Counted from the stretch's first letter, positions 42,230 to 53,762 are shown. The stretch: 64,000 nt of DNA from an uncultured delta proteobacterium (GCA_963793115.1 CAWBYV010000020.1:2934-66933); one strand, 5' to 3'. Numbers and translations: made by a program. The notes: generated by a model not told the origin, from the sequence alone.

Positions 42230-43594
42230 ATGGATAGCCTCAACGAACTGACGAGCCGAAATATCAAAAGCGCGGCCGCGCCATGCGCCCACCCGTTCGC
42301 GCCGACGCGTGCCGTGACCGCTAAGCCGGCGGGCGCCAGCGCCGCTCCTCGACACCACAACTCCGGCAGCAGGGGATTGCCGAGGCGGAGTAGATCCGAG
42401 TCAGGTCAGGTGCTGGTCCTGACCGCGATGTCGCTCGCCGTCCTGCTGGGCTTCGCCGCAATGGCGGCTGACCTCGGCCAGTTCTGGACTGTTCGGCGAA
42501 AGATGCAGACCGCGGCAGACGCGGCCGCGGTTTCGGCCGCAATCGCGCTGCGGTTGAAGGAGGATGCCACGGCTGCCGGGCGAAGCGTGTCTGCGCTGAA
42601 CGGCTTCACCGACAGCACCAACGGTGTGACAGTCACTGTCAACAATCCGCCGGCAAGCGGTTCGTTTGCAGGCAATGCAAGCTATGTCGAAGTAATCGTC
42701 GCACAGACCAAGTCGAGCTATTTCCTGAGCGCGCTCGGCTACGAGAGCGTCAACGTAAGCGCCAGGGCGGTCGGAAGCTCTACCAATAGCCCGGCATGTG
42801 TGTTTGCACTCGACCCGACAGCCTCGGGTGCGCTGAGTGTTAGCGGCAGTAGTTCGATGACGCTCGGTTGTGGTGCGCTCGTGGACTCAAGCAGTTCGAG
42901 TGCTCTGTTGACGAGCGGAGGCGGAACTCTGACCGCCACGGCGATCGGAGTGGTCGGGGGTTACTCGGGCAGCGGCATGACGCCCACGCCGAAAAGCGGG
43001 ATCGCTCCGGCCCCCGACCCATTCTCCTACCTGACGCCGCCCTCGGTTGGTGCATGCGATCAGAACAATTTTCACGCAAGTGGGAACGGAACTACCACCC
43101 TGAACCATGGCGTGTATTGTGGCGGCATCCAGATCAGCGGCAGTGGTACCGTAATTTTCAATTCCGGTCTCTACGTCTTGGACGGCGGAGGCATGAAGAT
43201 GACTGGCTCGGCTGCGCTCTCAGGGGCCGAGGTCACTTTCTACAATACCTACGACAGCAGCCACGCTTACGGCGGCATCTCGCTTAGCGGGACCGCGCAG
43301 ATCAACTTGAGCGCACCCACATCCGGAACGTATGAGGCCATCCTGTTCTACCAGGACCCGACTGTTCCCTCGACCGGCGCAGCGAGTAGCATAACCGGGA
43401 ACTCGAGCTCGACATTCGACGGAGCGATCTATTTCAAGACCACTCCGCTGAGCTACGGTGGAAATAGCAGTTCGTCTGGCTATACACTCCTCATAGGCCG
43501 GACGGTAACGGTCAGTGGAAACAGCACCGTGGGGGCCAACTACTCCTCGCTAGCCGATGGATCACCGATCAAGTCAACGGCGCTCTATGAATAG
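42230..43594 (+). CDS. tadG: TadG-like pilus assembly protein
   Basis: GQVLVLTA..DLG..RKMQTAADAAA; VNNPPASG; Gly/Ser-rich beta-solenoid C-terminus (GVYCGG). Confidence 0.85.
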   Translation: MDSLNELTSRNIKSAAAPCAHPFAPTRAVTAKPAGASAAPRHHNSGSRGLPRRSRSESGQVLVLTAMSLAVLLGFAAMAADLGQFWTVRRKMQTAADAAAVSAAIALRLKEDATAAGRSVSALNGFTDSTNGVTVTVNNPPASGSFAGNASYVEVIVAQTKSSYFLSALGYESVNVSARAVGSSTNSPACVFALDPTASGALSVSGSSSMTLGCGALVDSSSSSALLTSGGGTLTATAIGVVGGYSGSGMTPTPKSGIAPAPDPFSYLTPPSVGACDQNNFHASGNGTTTLNHGVYCGGIQISGSGTVIFNSGLYVLDGGGMKMTGSAALSGAEVTFYNTYDSSHAYGGISLSGTAQINLSAPTSGTYEAILFYQDPTVPSTGAASSITGNSSSTFDGAIYFKTTPLSYGGNSSSSGYTLLIGRTVTVSGNSTVGANYSSLADGSPIKSTALYE

Positions 43595-44063
43595 CGTTTG
43601 GCGTCACGGCCGTACTTTCAGGATCCTCCGCAAGGCCTCTTCCAATAGCGGCCAAAGCACGGTGGAGATGGCGGCCGTGGCGCCCATACTGGCCCTGCTG
43701 GTACTCGTCGGGACTGACTTCGGGCGTTTGTTCTACACCAGCATCGCGGTCAGCAACGCAGCCCGTGCGGGCGCGCAGTACGGATCGCAGAGCTTGATTG
43801 CGGCGGCCGATTCCGCAGGTATGGCGACGGCGGCAAAAACCGACGGCTCGAATGTTACCGGGCTAAGCGCCGTTGGAAGCCAATGCACCTGCTACAGCCC
43901 GAGTACCGTTACAGCATGTGCCTCGAGCTACTGCACCAGCAATCCGCAGGCGACGTTTGTCGAGGTCGATACCTCGACGACCTTTAGGACGTTGATGTCC
44001 TACCCGGGAATCCCTTCGTCGATTCCCCTGTCGGGCAAAGCCGTCATGCGAGTTCAGCAATGA
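43587..44063 (+). CDS. tadE: TadE-like pseudopilin
   Basis: GQSTVEMAAVAP, DFGR, NAARAGAQY. Confidence 0.88.
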   Translation: MNSVWRHGRTFRILRKASSNSGQSTVEMAAVAPILALLVLVGTDFGRLFYTSIAVSNAARAGAQYGSQSLIAAADSAGMATAAKTDGSNVTGLSAVGSQCTCYSPSTVTACASSYCTSNPQATFVEVDTSTTFRTLMSYPGIPSSIPLSGKAVMRVQQ

Positions 44064-44488
44064 AAAGGCTTACCTGCGCGCTGCGTAATCGCTCGCACAC
44101 GAAAGGTCAGTCTATGGTCGAATTCGGCCTCATTGCGACAGTGTTTCTACTATTCGTTTTTGGCACGATGAATGTGAGTTCTGCGGTTTATTATTACAAC
44201 GAGGTGTCATCTGCGTGTCGGGAGGCATCGCGCTACGCAATCGTCCATTCGCCTTCGAGTCCCAGTCCGGCCACCGCAGCGCAGATTCGGCAGATAGTGC
44301 TCAACTACGCGAGCGGCATGAATCCGGATAACATCACGGTCAATTCATCCTGGCCAGCCGATTCAAATCTTCCCAGCAGGAAAGACGCGAAGGTCCAGGT
44401 CACCTATCAATATACGTTGCGTATACCACTCCTCAAGACAGTCACTCTAAACCTCACCAGCACCTCGCAAGTCCTGGTTTCCCAGTAG
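44060..44488 (+). CDS. tadE: TadE-like pseudopilin
   Basis: GQSMVEFGL, ACREASRYA; ATGA overlap. Confidence 0.88.
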   Translation: MKRLTCALRNRSHTKGQSMVEFGLIATVFLLFVFGTMNVSSAVYYYNEVSSACREASRYAIVHSPSSPSPATAAQIRQIVLNYASGMNPDNITVNSSWPADSNLPSRKDAKVQVTYQYTLRIPLLKTVTLNLTSTSQVLVSQ

Positions 44489-44773
44489 GTCGCGCCGAAG
44501 TGGGCGGCCCAGGGTGTCGGCGCAATTCTGATGGACGGCAGATACGTGTGATTACTCGACGCTTGGTGCTGTCCCTGTCCTGACAATGTTGGCGTTAATG
44601 CGTGCTTTGAGACTTTCGGTTCCGGAACGTCACACGGACAGAGCGTTCGCCAATTCAGCAGCGAACCGGGTGTTGAGGAATCACAGGGTTTCCATGGAGG
44701 CGCGCGGCGTGCGACGCTTAGCGATGGATCGCCAGTGAAAGCGGCCAAGCCTATTTCAACCCGTCGGACGCGA

Positions 44774-45274
44774 ATGCTGATCGAACTGATCATCATATGC
44801 ACCTTGATCACGCACTGCGCCACAGGCATCGTCTATTGCAGCGGAACTACCTTCAGACTGTCAGTCACGGCAGAAATGGCCGTGAGAGCGGGAGCGCGAT
44901 GGCTGCCCGCCGATCCCGCGCAAGCGGTGAAAGTCGCTTACGATTATGCACGACGCGCCGGCGTAGCCGCGGGCGAGATTAGCTACATCAATGTTGCATC
45001 GGACGATTGCGGAATCTCCATAAGACTCAGTCAGAGAGTCCCGGGGTATCTGTTGCTCATGACCGTGAGACTTCCGGACACGATTTGGGCAACTGCCACG
45101 GCGAAAACGTGCGGCCTTACCGTCGCGAGCGTAGGGATGGCGCAGGTAGGCACACGAGCGATTGCCGTAGACTGGCGTCGTGTTCGTGCCGGAGGCAAGC
45201 CGCCGGCTGAGTGCGGACCAGATCAACCAGGTCTAGCGCGGACTCCAACGCGGGCCGCGGGCGCTCGGCTATGA
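44774..45274 (+). CDS. Short divergent TadG-like protein; 3' end runs into an IS630 fragment
   Basis: AVRAGARWLPADPAQAV..GVAAGEI..VASDD.GISI..ATATA parallels the 2..871 protein. Confidence 0.55.
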   Translation: MLIELIIICTLITHCATGIVYCSGTTFRLSVTAEMAVRAGARWLPADPAQAVKVAYDYARRAGVAAGEISYINVASDDCGISIRLSQRVPGYLLLMTVRLPDTIWATATAKTCGLTVASVGMAQVGTRAIAVDWRRVRAGGKPPAECGPDQPGLARTPTRAAGARL

Positions 45275-45353
45275 AACGAGCCTGTGGACCACGAACCGGG
45301 TCGTCCATCTGATCGAGCAGGAATGCGGGGTGAGCTATCACCCCGGGCACATC
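45185..45353 (+). mobile_element. IS630-family transposase fragment (winged HTH), with premature stop
   Basis: RLSADQINQV*RGLQRGPRALGYETSLWTTNRVVHLIEQECGVSYHPGHI. Confidence 0.75.
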
Positions 45354-45440
45354 CTGCTCCATCAAGGCGGCGTCACCGACGGCCTTTTCCGGACAGCACC
45401 CGCGGCGGTTCCGTGCCTCTCCAAGCGAATTTTCAGTAAT

Positions 45441-45552
45441 GACAGGCCCGTCGCGGCAGCGTGAAATGCGCTTTGGACTCAAACCCGGCCGCGAACTTCG
45501 CGTTTGCAAACCGCCTGGCGCCGGTGCGAGTCTAAATCAGGTTTTTCGAATG
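45441..45552 (+). repeat. IS1380-end-like dispersed element (copy C, inverted relative to A/B/D)
   Basis: Reverse complement aligns to 15890-15995 over about 100 bp, including CGCGTTTGCAA..CCGCCTGG. Confidence 0.75.
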
Positions 45553-45641
45553 ATCGCGGCCGCTCTTGCGCAGGGAATCGTAGGGTCCAGGTTGGCGCCC
45601 GAGTTCCCTTGCACGCAGCGGTCAGCCCAAAGGGTTTGTTC

Positions 45642-46124
45642 ATGCTTAGTGCGCGGCTCCTGATCCTGTTTGTCCACGTAACCGCGGTCGTCGTGGCGCT
45701 GGGCGGTTCACTGTTCAGCACTTTTGCGGTCGCTCCGGTTCTGGCCGATGAACTGGACCCCGCCGCGCGAATCAGGGTCTCGCGTCGAATCGTGCGGCGC
45801 CTGGCGACGATCGTTCTGAGCGCGATGGCAATCCTGGTGGCGACCGGGATGCTCAATCTCTGGTTCATGGGCACGCTATCGCCGCTGCTTGGGCTGAAGC
45901 TCGTGTTGGTGGCGATCGTTATCGTGATGGTGCTTTACCAGTACGGCAGGATTGGCGTTTCGATATGGAGGCTCTCGGCTGCGGGGCCTTCGCAGGCGGT
46001 CGCTTCGCTTCAGGCCCGCTTTCGACGCGTCGGGCTCACCGTCGGAGTGCTGGTGCTGGTGATTATCTATCTGTCGCTCGGCTTGACGCGGGTGCCGGGA
46101 GCCCTGACGGTTCCCATCCCGTAG
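45642..46124 (+). CDS. 4-TM membrane protein (CopD/DUF4149-like)
   Basis: HVTAVVVALGG, LVATG, KLVLV pattern. Confidence 0.7.
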   Translation: MLSARLLILFVHVTAVVVALGGSLFSTFAVAPVLADELDPAARIRVSRRIVRRLATIVLSAMAILVATGMLNLWFMGTLSPLLGLKLVLVAIVIVMVLYQYGRIGVSIWRLSAAGPSQAVASLQARFRRVGLTVGVLVLVIIYLSLGLTRVPGALTVPIP

Positions 46125-46137
46125 CGGGTGACGCTCG

Positions 46138-46686
46138 ATGCGCATTCGATCCGCCAGGTTGATGGTAGGCCGCCTGACTGCTCTTGCGGTGCTGGTGGGC
46201 CTGCTGAGCCTCCTGAGTTACGTTTCGGGGGCCCATATCGTGCTGCGGTATCTCGATCCTCCGCTTGGAGCATGGTGGCAGGGCAACGAGTTCTGGATTA
46301 TGGAGGGCGCTGCTTCCGCGCTTGGAATGCTGATCGGAATCAGAATTGGTGCCAGACTGGTGGAACCCGCGCTTCGAAACCGTATTCAGGGCGGGTCGAT
46401 AATCGCCGCTGCGATTGCTCTGGCGTGGGTCGCGCCCGCATGCGCGACGCTCGCTCGCATTGGATGGAACGCGACCGGACAATGGGTCGAAAGCGGGATC
46501 GTGGGCCTGGCGGGATATAGCACCGGTTTGTTTATTGACGAGCTTCTGATCGCAGGCGTCTATTTTCTGAAGACCGCCGGCTTCGCTTTTTTCGCCGGAT
46601 TGGTTCTGTTCGGATTGGTGCTGGCGGCATCGTTTGCAAGCGTGCGGCCCGGCGAGCCAGCTCAGAAACCGGCTGCCGGCGCATGA
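46138..46686 (+). CDS. Hypothetical membrane protein
   Basis: Four hydrophobic segments, in operon context. Confidence 0.6.
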   Translation: MRIRSARLMVGRLTALAVLVGLLSLLSYVSGAHIVLRYLDPPLGAWWQGNEFWIMEGAASALGMLIGIRIGARLVEPALRNRIQGGSIIAAAIALAWVAPACATLARIGWNATGQWVESGIVGLAGYSTGLFIDELLIAGVYFLKTAGFAFFAGLVLFGLVLAASFASVRPGEPAQKPAAGA

Positions 46687-46720
46687 CGGGTGGGGCCGGG
46701 CCGTCGAGGAAAATTCCCGG

Positions 46721-47368
46721 GTGTCCAACAAGCGTAAAGCAAACCGAGACGGTCGCGGCGCTGTCCTGAGCCGGCGCTCCTTTCTAAAGGGAGCGGGCGC
46801 GGCGGCCGCAGTTGCCGGGGTAATCGGATCGCTGCCGCCGCCGGATGCGCAGGCACTGGTCGAAGAGGGGATCACCGAGCGGATCGGACCCGGCCTGACG
46901 GTGGTTGACCTGAAGGTCAACGGAACGACGCGGCCCGTCACGATCGAGCCGCGCGTCACCTTGCTGGAAGCCCTGCGCGATCATCTCGGGCTGACCGGCG
47001 CCAAGCTGGTCTGCGACCGCGGCGCGTGCGGCGCCTGCACCGTCCATCTCGACGGCAGGCCGGTTACCGCATGCATGGTACTGGCGGTGAGCGCGCGCGG
47101 ACACGAGATCACGACGATCGAAGGACTCGGCACGCCCGATCGGATGCATCCCGTGCAGCGCGCCTTTGTTGACCACGACGCGCTGCAATGCGGGTTCTGC
47201 ACGCCTGGCATGGCGATGTCGGTGGCTGCGGCTATCCAGCGGAATCCCGGCCTTGGCCTGGAGGAGATAAAGCGCGCCGTATCGGGGAATATCTGCCGCT
47301 GCGGAACCTATCCGCACGTTTTCGCCGCCGCGCTCAAAGCGGCTGCGGAAATCAAGGGGAAAGCCTGA
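46721..47368 (+). CDS. Xanthine dehydrogenase family 2x[2Fe-2S] subunit with Tat signal (PaoA/YagT-like)
   Basis: SRRSFLKG; CDRGACGACT; QCGFCTPG; CRC. Confidence 0.92.
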   Translation: MSNKRKANRDGRGAVLSRRSFLKGAGAAAAVAGVIGSLPPPDAQALVEEGITERIGPGLTVVDLKVNGTTRPVTIEPRVTLLEALRDHLGLTGAKLVCDRGACGACTVHLDGRPVTACMVLAVSARGHEITTIEGLGTPDRMHPVQRAFVDHDALQCGFCTPGMAMSVAAAIQRNPGLGLEEIKRAVSGNICRCGTYPHVFAAALKAAAEIKGKA

Positions 47369-49567
47369 TGTCGCGCCGGGTAAAGCTGCGGCTCGGATTT
47401 TCCGCCGGGCAGCGCGACATGACCGTAGTGATACCCGACGATGAACCGACGCCCTGGCAACTCGGCGAGCGGCTCGACGTGGTCGGCAAACCCGCGGCAC
47501 GCGTTGACGGACCGCTCAAGGCTACCGGCGCCGCCCGATATACCTACGATGTAAACCTGCCGAATATGCTCTATGGCGCGATCTTGCGCAGTCCCTATCC
47601 GCACGCGATCGTGCGAAGAGTCGATCTGTCGCGAGTCCGCCGGCTTAACGGCGTGCGCGCGGCGCTGGGCTTCGACGGAGAAGAGGTCCGTTTCGCGGGC
47701 CAGGAAGTTGCCGCGCTCGCTGCGCTGAGTCCCCAACTGGCCGCCGATGCGATCCGCTCGATCAAGGTCGACTACCAGCAGTTGCCCTTCGTGGTCGATA
47801 TGGAGTCAGCGCTCCAGACGGAGGCTCCGAAGGTTTTCCGCTCCGGGAACCAAACGGCATCCAGCGTTTCCGCGCGCGGAAACCTCGATCGCGGCCTCGC
47901 CGAAGCGGCGATGGTTCACGAGCAGACCTACACCACCCCTGTGCAGACCCACGTCTCGCTGGAGACACATGGAGCCGTCGCGAGCTGGAATGGCGACGAG
48001 CTTACAGTCTGGTGCTCGACCCAGGCAATCTTCGCGGTGCGAGACGACCTTGCGGTGCTGTTCAACCTGCCCGCCGACAAGGTTCGCGTGGTCACCGGAT
48101 ATGTGGGTGGCGGGTTCGGATCCAAGCTCGGCGCCGGGCGCGAAGTCGTGATCGTCGCGCAGCTTGCGAAACTGGCGGCAGCCCCGGTGAGGCTGATGCT
48201 CGCGCGTGCCGAGGAGCACGTCGCGACGGGGAATCGCCCCAGCTCGGTCCAGAAGGTCCGGATCGGTGCTTCGCGCGACGGCAAGCTGACCGCCATCGAG
48301 CTCACTCAGCACGGCAGCGGTGGAATCGGTGGTGGCTCGGGCAGTCACGGACCGTTCGTGACAGTCTACCAATGCCCCAACGTGCACACCGATGAGCGCA
48401 GCGTGTTCATCAACGCCGGGCCCTCCGCCCCGATGCGCGCGCCGGGATGGCCCCAGGGATGCTTCGCGCTGGAGCTGGCGATGGACGAGCTGGCGCGCAA
48501 GCTCGATATCGATCGGCTCGAGTTCCGCCGCCGCAACAACGCCGATGCGGTCCGCGAACAGGAATACGAACTGGGCGCGCGCGCCTTCGACTGGCAGGGC
48601 AAGAGCAACGCATCCCGCTCCAAAGGTCCGCTCAAGCGCGGGATAGGGGTCGCATCCGCGGCCTGGCACGCGCTGGGCGTTTCGGGGCCCGAAGCGCAAG
48701 CCATCGCCTATCGCGACGGTCACGTCGAAGTCCGAATCGGCACGCAGGACATCGGTACCGGCACGCGCACGATAGTCGCGATGGTCGCGGCGGAGGAATT
48801 GGGCCTGCCGCTCTCGCGGGTCACCGCTCAAATCGGAGATACGCGATTTCTCTTCTCGGTCCCCTCCGGCGGGAGCCTGACCGCGCCCTCGACCACGCCC
48901 GCGGTGCGCCAGGCCGCGGCCCATCTCAAGGAGAAGCTCTTCAAGATCGCGGCGCCGCGCCTCGCCGCAGAGCCCACCGATCTGGAGGCGGCAGACGGCA
49001 ATATTCGGGTCCGGTTCGACCCCTCGCGTGCGATCGCATTCTCGGAAGCTGTGCCGAAGGATTCCCGGCGACTCGATCTCGGCTCAGGGCGAGCGCGTGA
49101 TGAACTACAAGGGCTTCAGGCACAGACAGGCCGGATGCCAGTTCGCCGAAGTCGAGATCGACACCGAGACCGGCGTGGTACGCGTGCTCAAGGTAGTCGC
49201 GGTGCACGACGCCGGCCGCATCATCGACCCGCTCACCGCCCGCAGCCAGGTCAACGGCGGCGTGCTGATGGGAATCAGCTTCGCGCTGTTCGAGGAGCGC
49301 CTGCTCGATCCGCAGACCGGGCTGATGGTCAATCCGACGATGGACGACTACAAGCTGATCGGCTCGCTAGACACTCCCGAGATCGAAGCGATCTTCGTCG
49401 AAGTCGCCAACGGCGTGAACAACACCGGCGTGCTCGGTCTGGGCGAGCCAACTCACGTGGCGACCGCCGGCGCGGTTGCGTGCGCGGTTTACGATGCGAT
49501 CGGTGTGCCGATCCGTTCGCTGCCGATAACGCCCGACCGGGTGTTGCAGGCGCTCAAGGCAGTGTGA
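47368..49567 (+). CDS. Xanthine dehydrogenase family molybdopterin subunit (PaoC/YagR-like), frameshift about 49060
   Basis: GGGFGSK, MRAPG, QDIGTG, GGS; C-terminus (FAEVEID, GLGE) in ORF 49028..49567. Confidence 0.9.
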
Positions 49568-50556
49568 TGAACAGCTTCGAATTGATCACGCCGGCCAGTC
49601 TCGCGCACGCCTCAAGCCTGCTCAAGGACGGCGGACGGATTGCGATCGCAGGCGGCGTCGATGTGGTCGATCTGCTGAAACTCAATCTCATCGCGCCGGC
49701 AGCGATCGTCGACCTGGGCGGCCTCAAGGAACTTCAGGGTATCCAGGCGCGTCCGGACGGCGGGCTCAGAATCGGCGCGCTTACCCGGCTGGCCGAAGTT
49801 GGCGAGCATCCGCAGATTCGCGAGCGGTTCACGGCGGTCTCGATGGCAGCCTCGGAGGTCGCCACGCCGCAGATTCGCAACCTCGGCACCGTCGGCGGAA
49901 ACCTGCTTCAGCGTCCGCGATGCTGGTACTTCCGCAATCCCGACATCCAATGCCTCAAGAAGGGCGGTGACAGGTGCTACGCGCTGGGCGGACTCAACCG
50001 CTACCATTCGATCCTCGGCGGCGGCCCCTCCTTCATCGTTCACCCCTCCAGTCTCGCGCCGGCGCTGATCGCGCTTGACGGCAGCGCCAGGATCGTTGGC
50101 CCCCAGGGTGAACGCACCGTTGCGCTGGAAAAGTTTTTCGCCTTGCCCACCGCAAATCCGGCGGTTGAAAACACGCTCAAGCCGGGCGAGGTGATCGTAG
50201 AGATCAACCTGCCGGCGCCGCCTCGCGGTGCGCGCAGCGTCTACCTGGAGGTGCGCGAGAAGCAGAGCTTCGACTGGGCGCTGGTCAGCGTTGCGGCGAT
50301 GCTCGCGATGGGGCCGGGTTCGACCGCGCAGGATGCCAGAATCGTGATGGGCGCGGTGGCGCCAATCCCGTGGCGCTCGCCGGGAGCCGAAGCGATCCTC
50401 AAGGGCGGCGCGCTCGATCGCAAGCGGGCCGATCTGGCGGCAGAAGCGGCGCTCAAGCAGGCGCAACCGATGTCTGACAACGCCTACAAGGTGACGATCG
50501 CGAAGGTCCTTATCCGGCGCGCGACGCTGCGAGCGGCCGGGATCGAGGCGGCCTAG
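49567..50556 (+). CDS. Xanthine dehydrogenase family FAD subunit (PaoB/YagS-like, with 4Fe-4S-type insert)
   Basis: TGATG coupling; AGGVD, TPQIRNLGTVGGNLLQRPRCWYFR..CLKKGGDRC. Confidence 0.92.
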   Translation: MNSFELITPASLAHASSLLKDGGRIAIAGGVDVVDLLKLNLIAPAAIVDLGGLKELQGIQARPDGGLRIGALTRLAEVGEHPQIRERFTAVSMAASEVATPQIRNLGTVGGNLLQRPRCWYFRNPDIQCLKKGGDRCYALGGLNRYHSILGGGPSFIVHPSSLAPALIALDGSARIVGPQGERTVALEKFFALPTANPAVENTLKPGEVIVEINLPAPPRGARSVYLEVREKQSFDWALVSVAAMLAMGPGSTAQDARIVMGAVAPIPWRSPGAEAILKGGALDRKRADLAAEAALKQAQPMSDNAYKVTIAKVLIRRATLRAAGIEAA

Positions 50557-50558
50557 CG

Positions 50559-50765
50559 ATGTCGGCCAAGCGCAAGTACTGCGCCTTGTTGCGCACCAAG
50601 ACGGGCTACTACCGCTCGCCGGATGGGGAGCGGCTGATTGACCCGGATAGTTCGACCGCCTGCTACAACTGCCTCTTGACGCAACGGCCGGTCGGTCCCG
50701 AGGGGATGCCGGTGGACGCCAGGAGTTGCGGCGAAGATCGCGCCTGCTTCCGCGAGGAGAGCTAG
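50559..50765 (+). CDS. Small Cys-rich hypothetical protein
   Basis: Starts 2 bp after the FAD subunit stop; C..LRTK..CYNC..TQ..GP..C..R.CF. Confidence 0.7.
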   Translation: MSAKRKYCALLRTKTGYYRSPDGERLIDPDSSTACYNCLLTQRPVGPEGMPVDARSCGEDRACFREES

Positions 50766-50855
50766 CTAGCGGGGCTTCTGGCTCTGGCTGTCAACAGATG
50801 GAAGAGGCTGCTTTTGCGTGGCACGTAATCGCCGGCCAGCGCCGCCTGCCGCTTG

Positions 50856-53667
50856 TCATCCGAAGCGCTCAGCCCTTTCGAAGTCGACGTTGGTCTGCCG
50901 GTCAGACTGCGACGGCGCCCAGTTCCACAGCGTGTACTCGAAGTGACGGTAGCCGCCTGCAAAGTGCAGGCCTTTGGGAGGCCCGGGCAGAAGCCCATCG
51001 TACGGCATCCAGTTCGGGTACTGATAGGGCTCCCACGCGTGGTAAATCACGATCTGGTCGGGTCGCGTGCATGGGCTGAGCTTCGCCCTCACAATGAAGG
51101 AGCCGTAGTCGTTGAAGACGCGGATGTAGTCGTGATCGCTGATTCCCCTGGCCTTCGCGACATCCGCATTGATGAACGCGAAAGGCTCTCCGCGATGAAG
51201 CTTGAGCATCTCTTCGGACACGACCCAGTTGGAATGGATACTCCAGCGCAGATGGCCACCCGTAATTCGCATCGGTTGCGAGCCGCCGATGTCAGGCGGC
51301 TGCTTGTAGCGCACCAGATGCTCGTCCGCTTCGACGAACCACGGATGGTCGATGTAAAATTGTATCCTGCGCGTGGTGGTTGAATACGGGACCTTGCGCT
51401 CCACCTGGTCGCGGAACGGCGCATGGATCTGCCCCGGCACCATATCGGCGTTCTGCACCACGCTCGCATGCCAGGTGGGCCGGCCGCTAAGCCATGCCAT
51501 GCCGTTCTTGCGCAGGTTGGCCAGGTTCAGATCTTCCCCGTCCACGCTCGTGAACCATCCCATCTGTCCCATGGCGCGGTAGGTGTCATCCAAAAGTCGT
51601 TCTTCGTCCTGGTTGCTGTCGCCGTACCGATTGCCGGACGTGGCACGCCAGCCGAGCTCGCGCACGAGGATTTCCCCGTCCCCGGATTTGTAGCGCTCGA
51701 CTCCGCGCGCCAGGAGGCGAGCCTGAACCTGCTGCAGCAACCCGAGCACGATCTGGCGGTCGGTCTTCGACTCCCCGAGCATCGGCACATTCTGGTCCGT
51801 AAAGGCGGTCAGGCGACTGACCGGAAGCGAGAGGCGCATTTCGGCGTACTCGTAGAACGACGCGGCCGGCAGCACGTAGTCCGCGTAAAGCCCGCTCGTG
51901 CTCCAGCGGGAATCGACCACCACCGCAAGTTCCAGTTTCAACCACAGGTTCTTGAGATAGGTGTTCATGCCGCCGCGATGGCGGCGCAGCGGATTCCCTC
52001 CCGAAACCAGCAGCGCCTTGGGTGGGACGTTGCGGGCCGGGCGCTCGAACCCCTTCCACCACCCCTTTGCCACAGCTTCTTGGGCATATTCGCTCACACT
52101 GCGCGGCGCGTTGGGATCGTGAAGGTGCTTGTCCCACACCTCGCTGTAGCCCGCGTGGTAGAGCCAGAGGAAGACCGGCGGCGCCAGCGTGCCCGTCGAC
52201 CGCAACCCCTCGCGTATCGCGCCCAGAGCCGCCTCGGCTGGGGGCATGGTCGGATCCATTTTGAAGTGCGTGCGGTAATTCTCCTGCAGCTTCTGCGACA
52301 GGTCCATCGCCGTCATGATCGGATCGGGCGTCTCCAGCAACTGTTGCGGCATTGCGCCGACGAAGGCCGAACCGGCGACCGCTTCCGTGCTGGCCGACCA
52401 GCCTAAAATGCCTGTGCCGGGTTTGCCGAGGTTGCCGGTCAGGGCCAGGATGTAGCAGTACGAGCGTTCGAGCAGATCGCCATGGTAAAGCTTTCCGGCG
52501 TTGGCAATGGAAGCAAAGAACACCTTGCGGGGCGGCTTGACCAGTTCCGCCAGCTTGGCGAGCTGCTCGGGATGAATCCCTGAGATTTCCTGGACCTTCT
52601 CCGGCGTGTATTCCGCCACTCGTCGCTTGAGCAGCGAAAAGACAGTCGTCACGGCAAGCCGCCTGCCGCCCTTCAGAGTCACCTCGAGTTCAGCCTCGAG
52701 CGCGTAATCGCACGCCATCGCGAGCGTGCCCTTGGGCAGCGGCTCAAGTTCGCCAGTCGCGCTGTTGACGGCGAAAAACTGCTCCGCGTCGCCGCCTTCG
52801 CGCAGGTCCGAATCGCGCAGGAAGGCACCGTTATCGGAGCGCACCAGCACCGGAGCGTCGGTTTGCTCCTTGACGAACTGCGTGTCGATCCACCCGCGGT
52901 CGATCAGGATCTTGGCGACGCCAAGCCACAGGGCCGGGTCCGCCGACCAGTTGATCGGCAGCCACATGTCGGCAAACTGGGCGCTCGGATTCTTGTCGGG
53001 CAAGATCGCCACGACCTTCGCTCCGCGATAACGAGCCTCCAGCGTGTAGTGGATTTCGGAGATCATCGAGTAAACCGGGTTGCCCTGAGTGATCAAGAGC
53101 GTGTCGGCAACAAAATAGTTCTCCATTCCCGGACTATGCTGCGATTGGCCGAAGGTGAGATATTGGCCGGGGCTGAAGTCGCCGATGAGGAAGTTGACGT
53201 CGAGCGCCACGCCGCCCAGACGTTCCGACGAAGCCCGGCATCGACCCTTCGCCGCCGCCGCGCAACGCTCCGGGACCGTTGGTGCCGCCGTCACCCACGA
53301 TCGCCTGCGCTCCGTGGCGCTCGATGATATCGGCTAGCTTGGCGCCGATCTCCTCGAACGCCCGTTCCCAGGAAATCCTCTCCCATTGGCCGCTGCCCCG
53401 CTCCCCCCTGCGCTTCATCGGATACAGCAGCCGGTCGGGGCCGTACATCGAGCGCGAATGCTGGTAGCCCTTCTGGCATCCGCGCGGATTGCAGTCGGGC
53501 AGGCGGAAGTCGGGATCCTCGAACTCGGGAAGGGTGCAGGCGATCTCTTCGCGCATGACTCTGCCGTCCCGCATGTAGACGCGAAACGGGCAGCTGCCCG
53601 GCAAGCAATTGACCCGGTGCGTGCCCCACTTGCACGAATCCCACTGCCAGTAATTCTCGCCCGTCAT
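50856..53667 (-). CDS. DMSO-reductase family type II molybdoenzyme alpha subunit (EbdA/S25dA/NarG-like), +1 frameshift about 53225
   Basis: GGAGGT RBS; WDx(3)WGTHxxNCxxxxC, NPRGCQKG, GERGSGQWERISW, LIGDF (Asp ligand), HLRWSIHS, YHAWE. Confidence 0.88.
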
Positions 53668-53669
53668 CG

Positions 53670-53762
53670 CTACCTCCGCAGCAGAACTAAATCGCCCAGC
53701 GCTTCCGCCTGTGCTTCGATGAGCGCTGCGAGCGTGGTGGGTTCATCGGCCGTCGGTGCCAC
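53670..53762 (-). pseudogene. Possible N-terminal remnant of an acyl-CoA ligase
   Basis: 30-aa ORF VAPTADEPTTLAALIEAQAEALGDLVLLRR. Confidence 0.35.

Noticed and set aside
47188-50556. Apparent Mo-subunit/FAD-subunit fusion of 1122 aa
   Set aside because: Produced by the frameshift near 49060; the Mo C-terminus is in 49028..49567 and a TGATG junction separates the genes.
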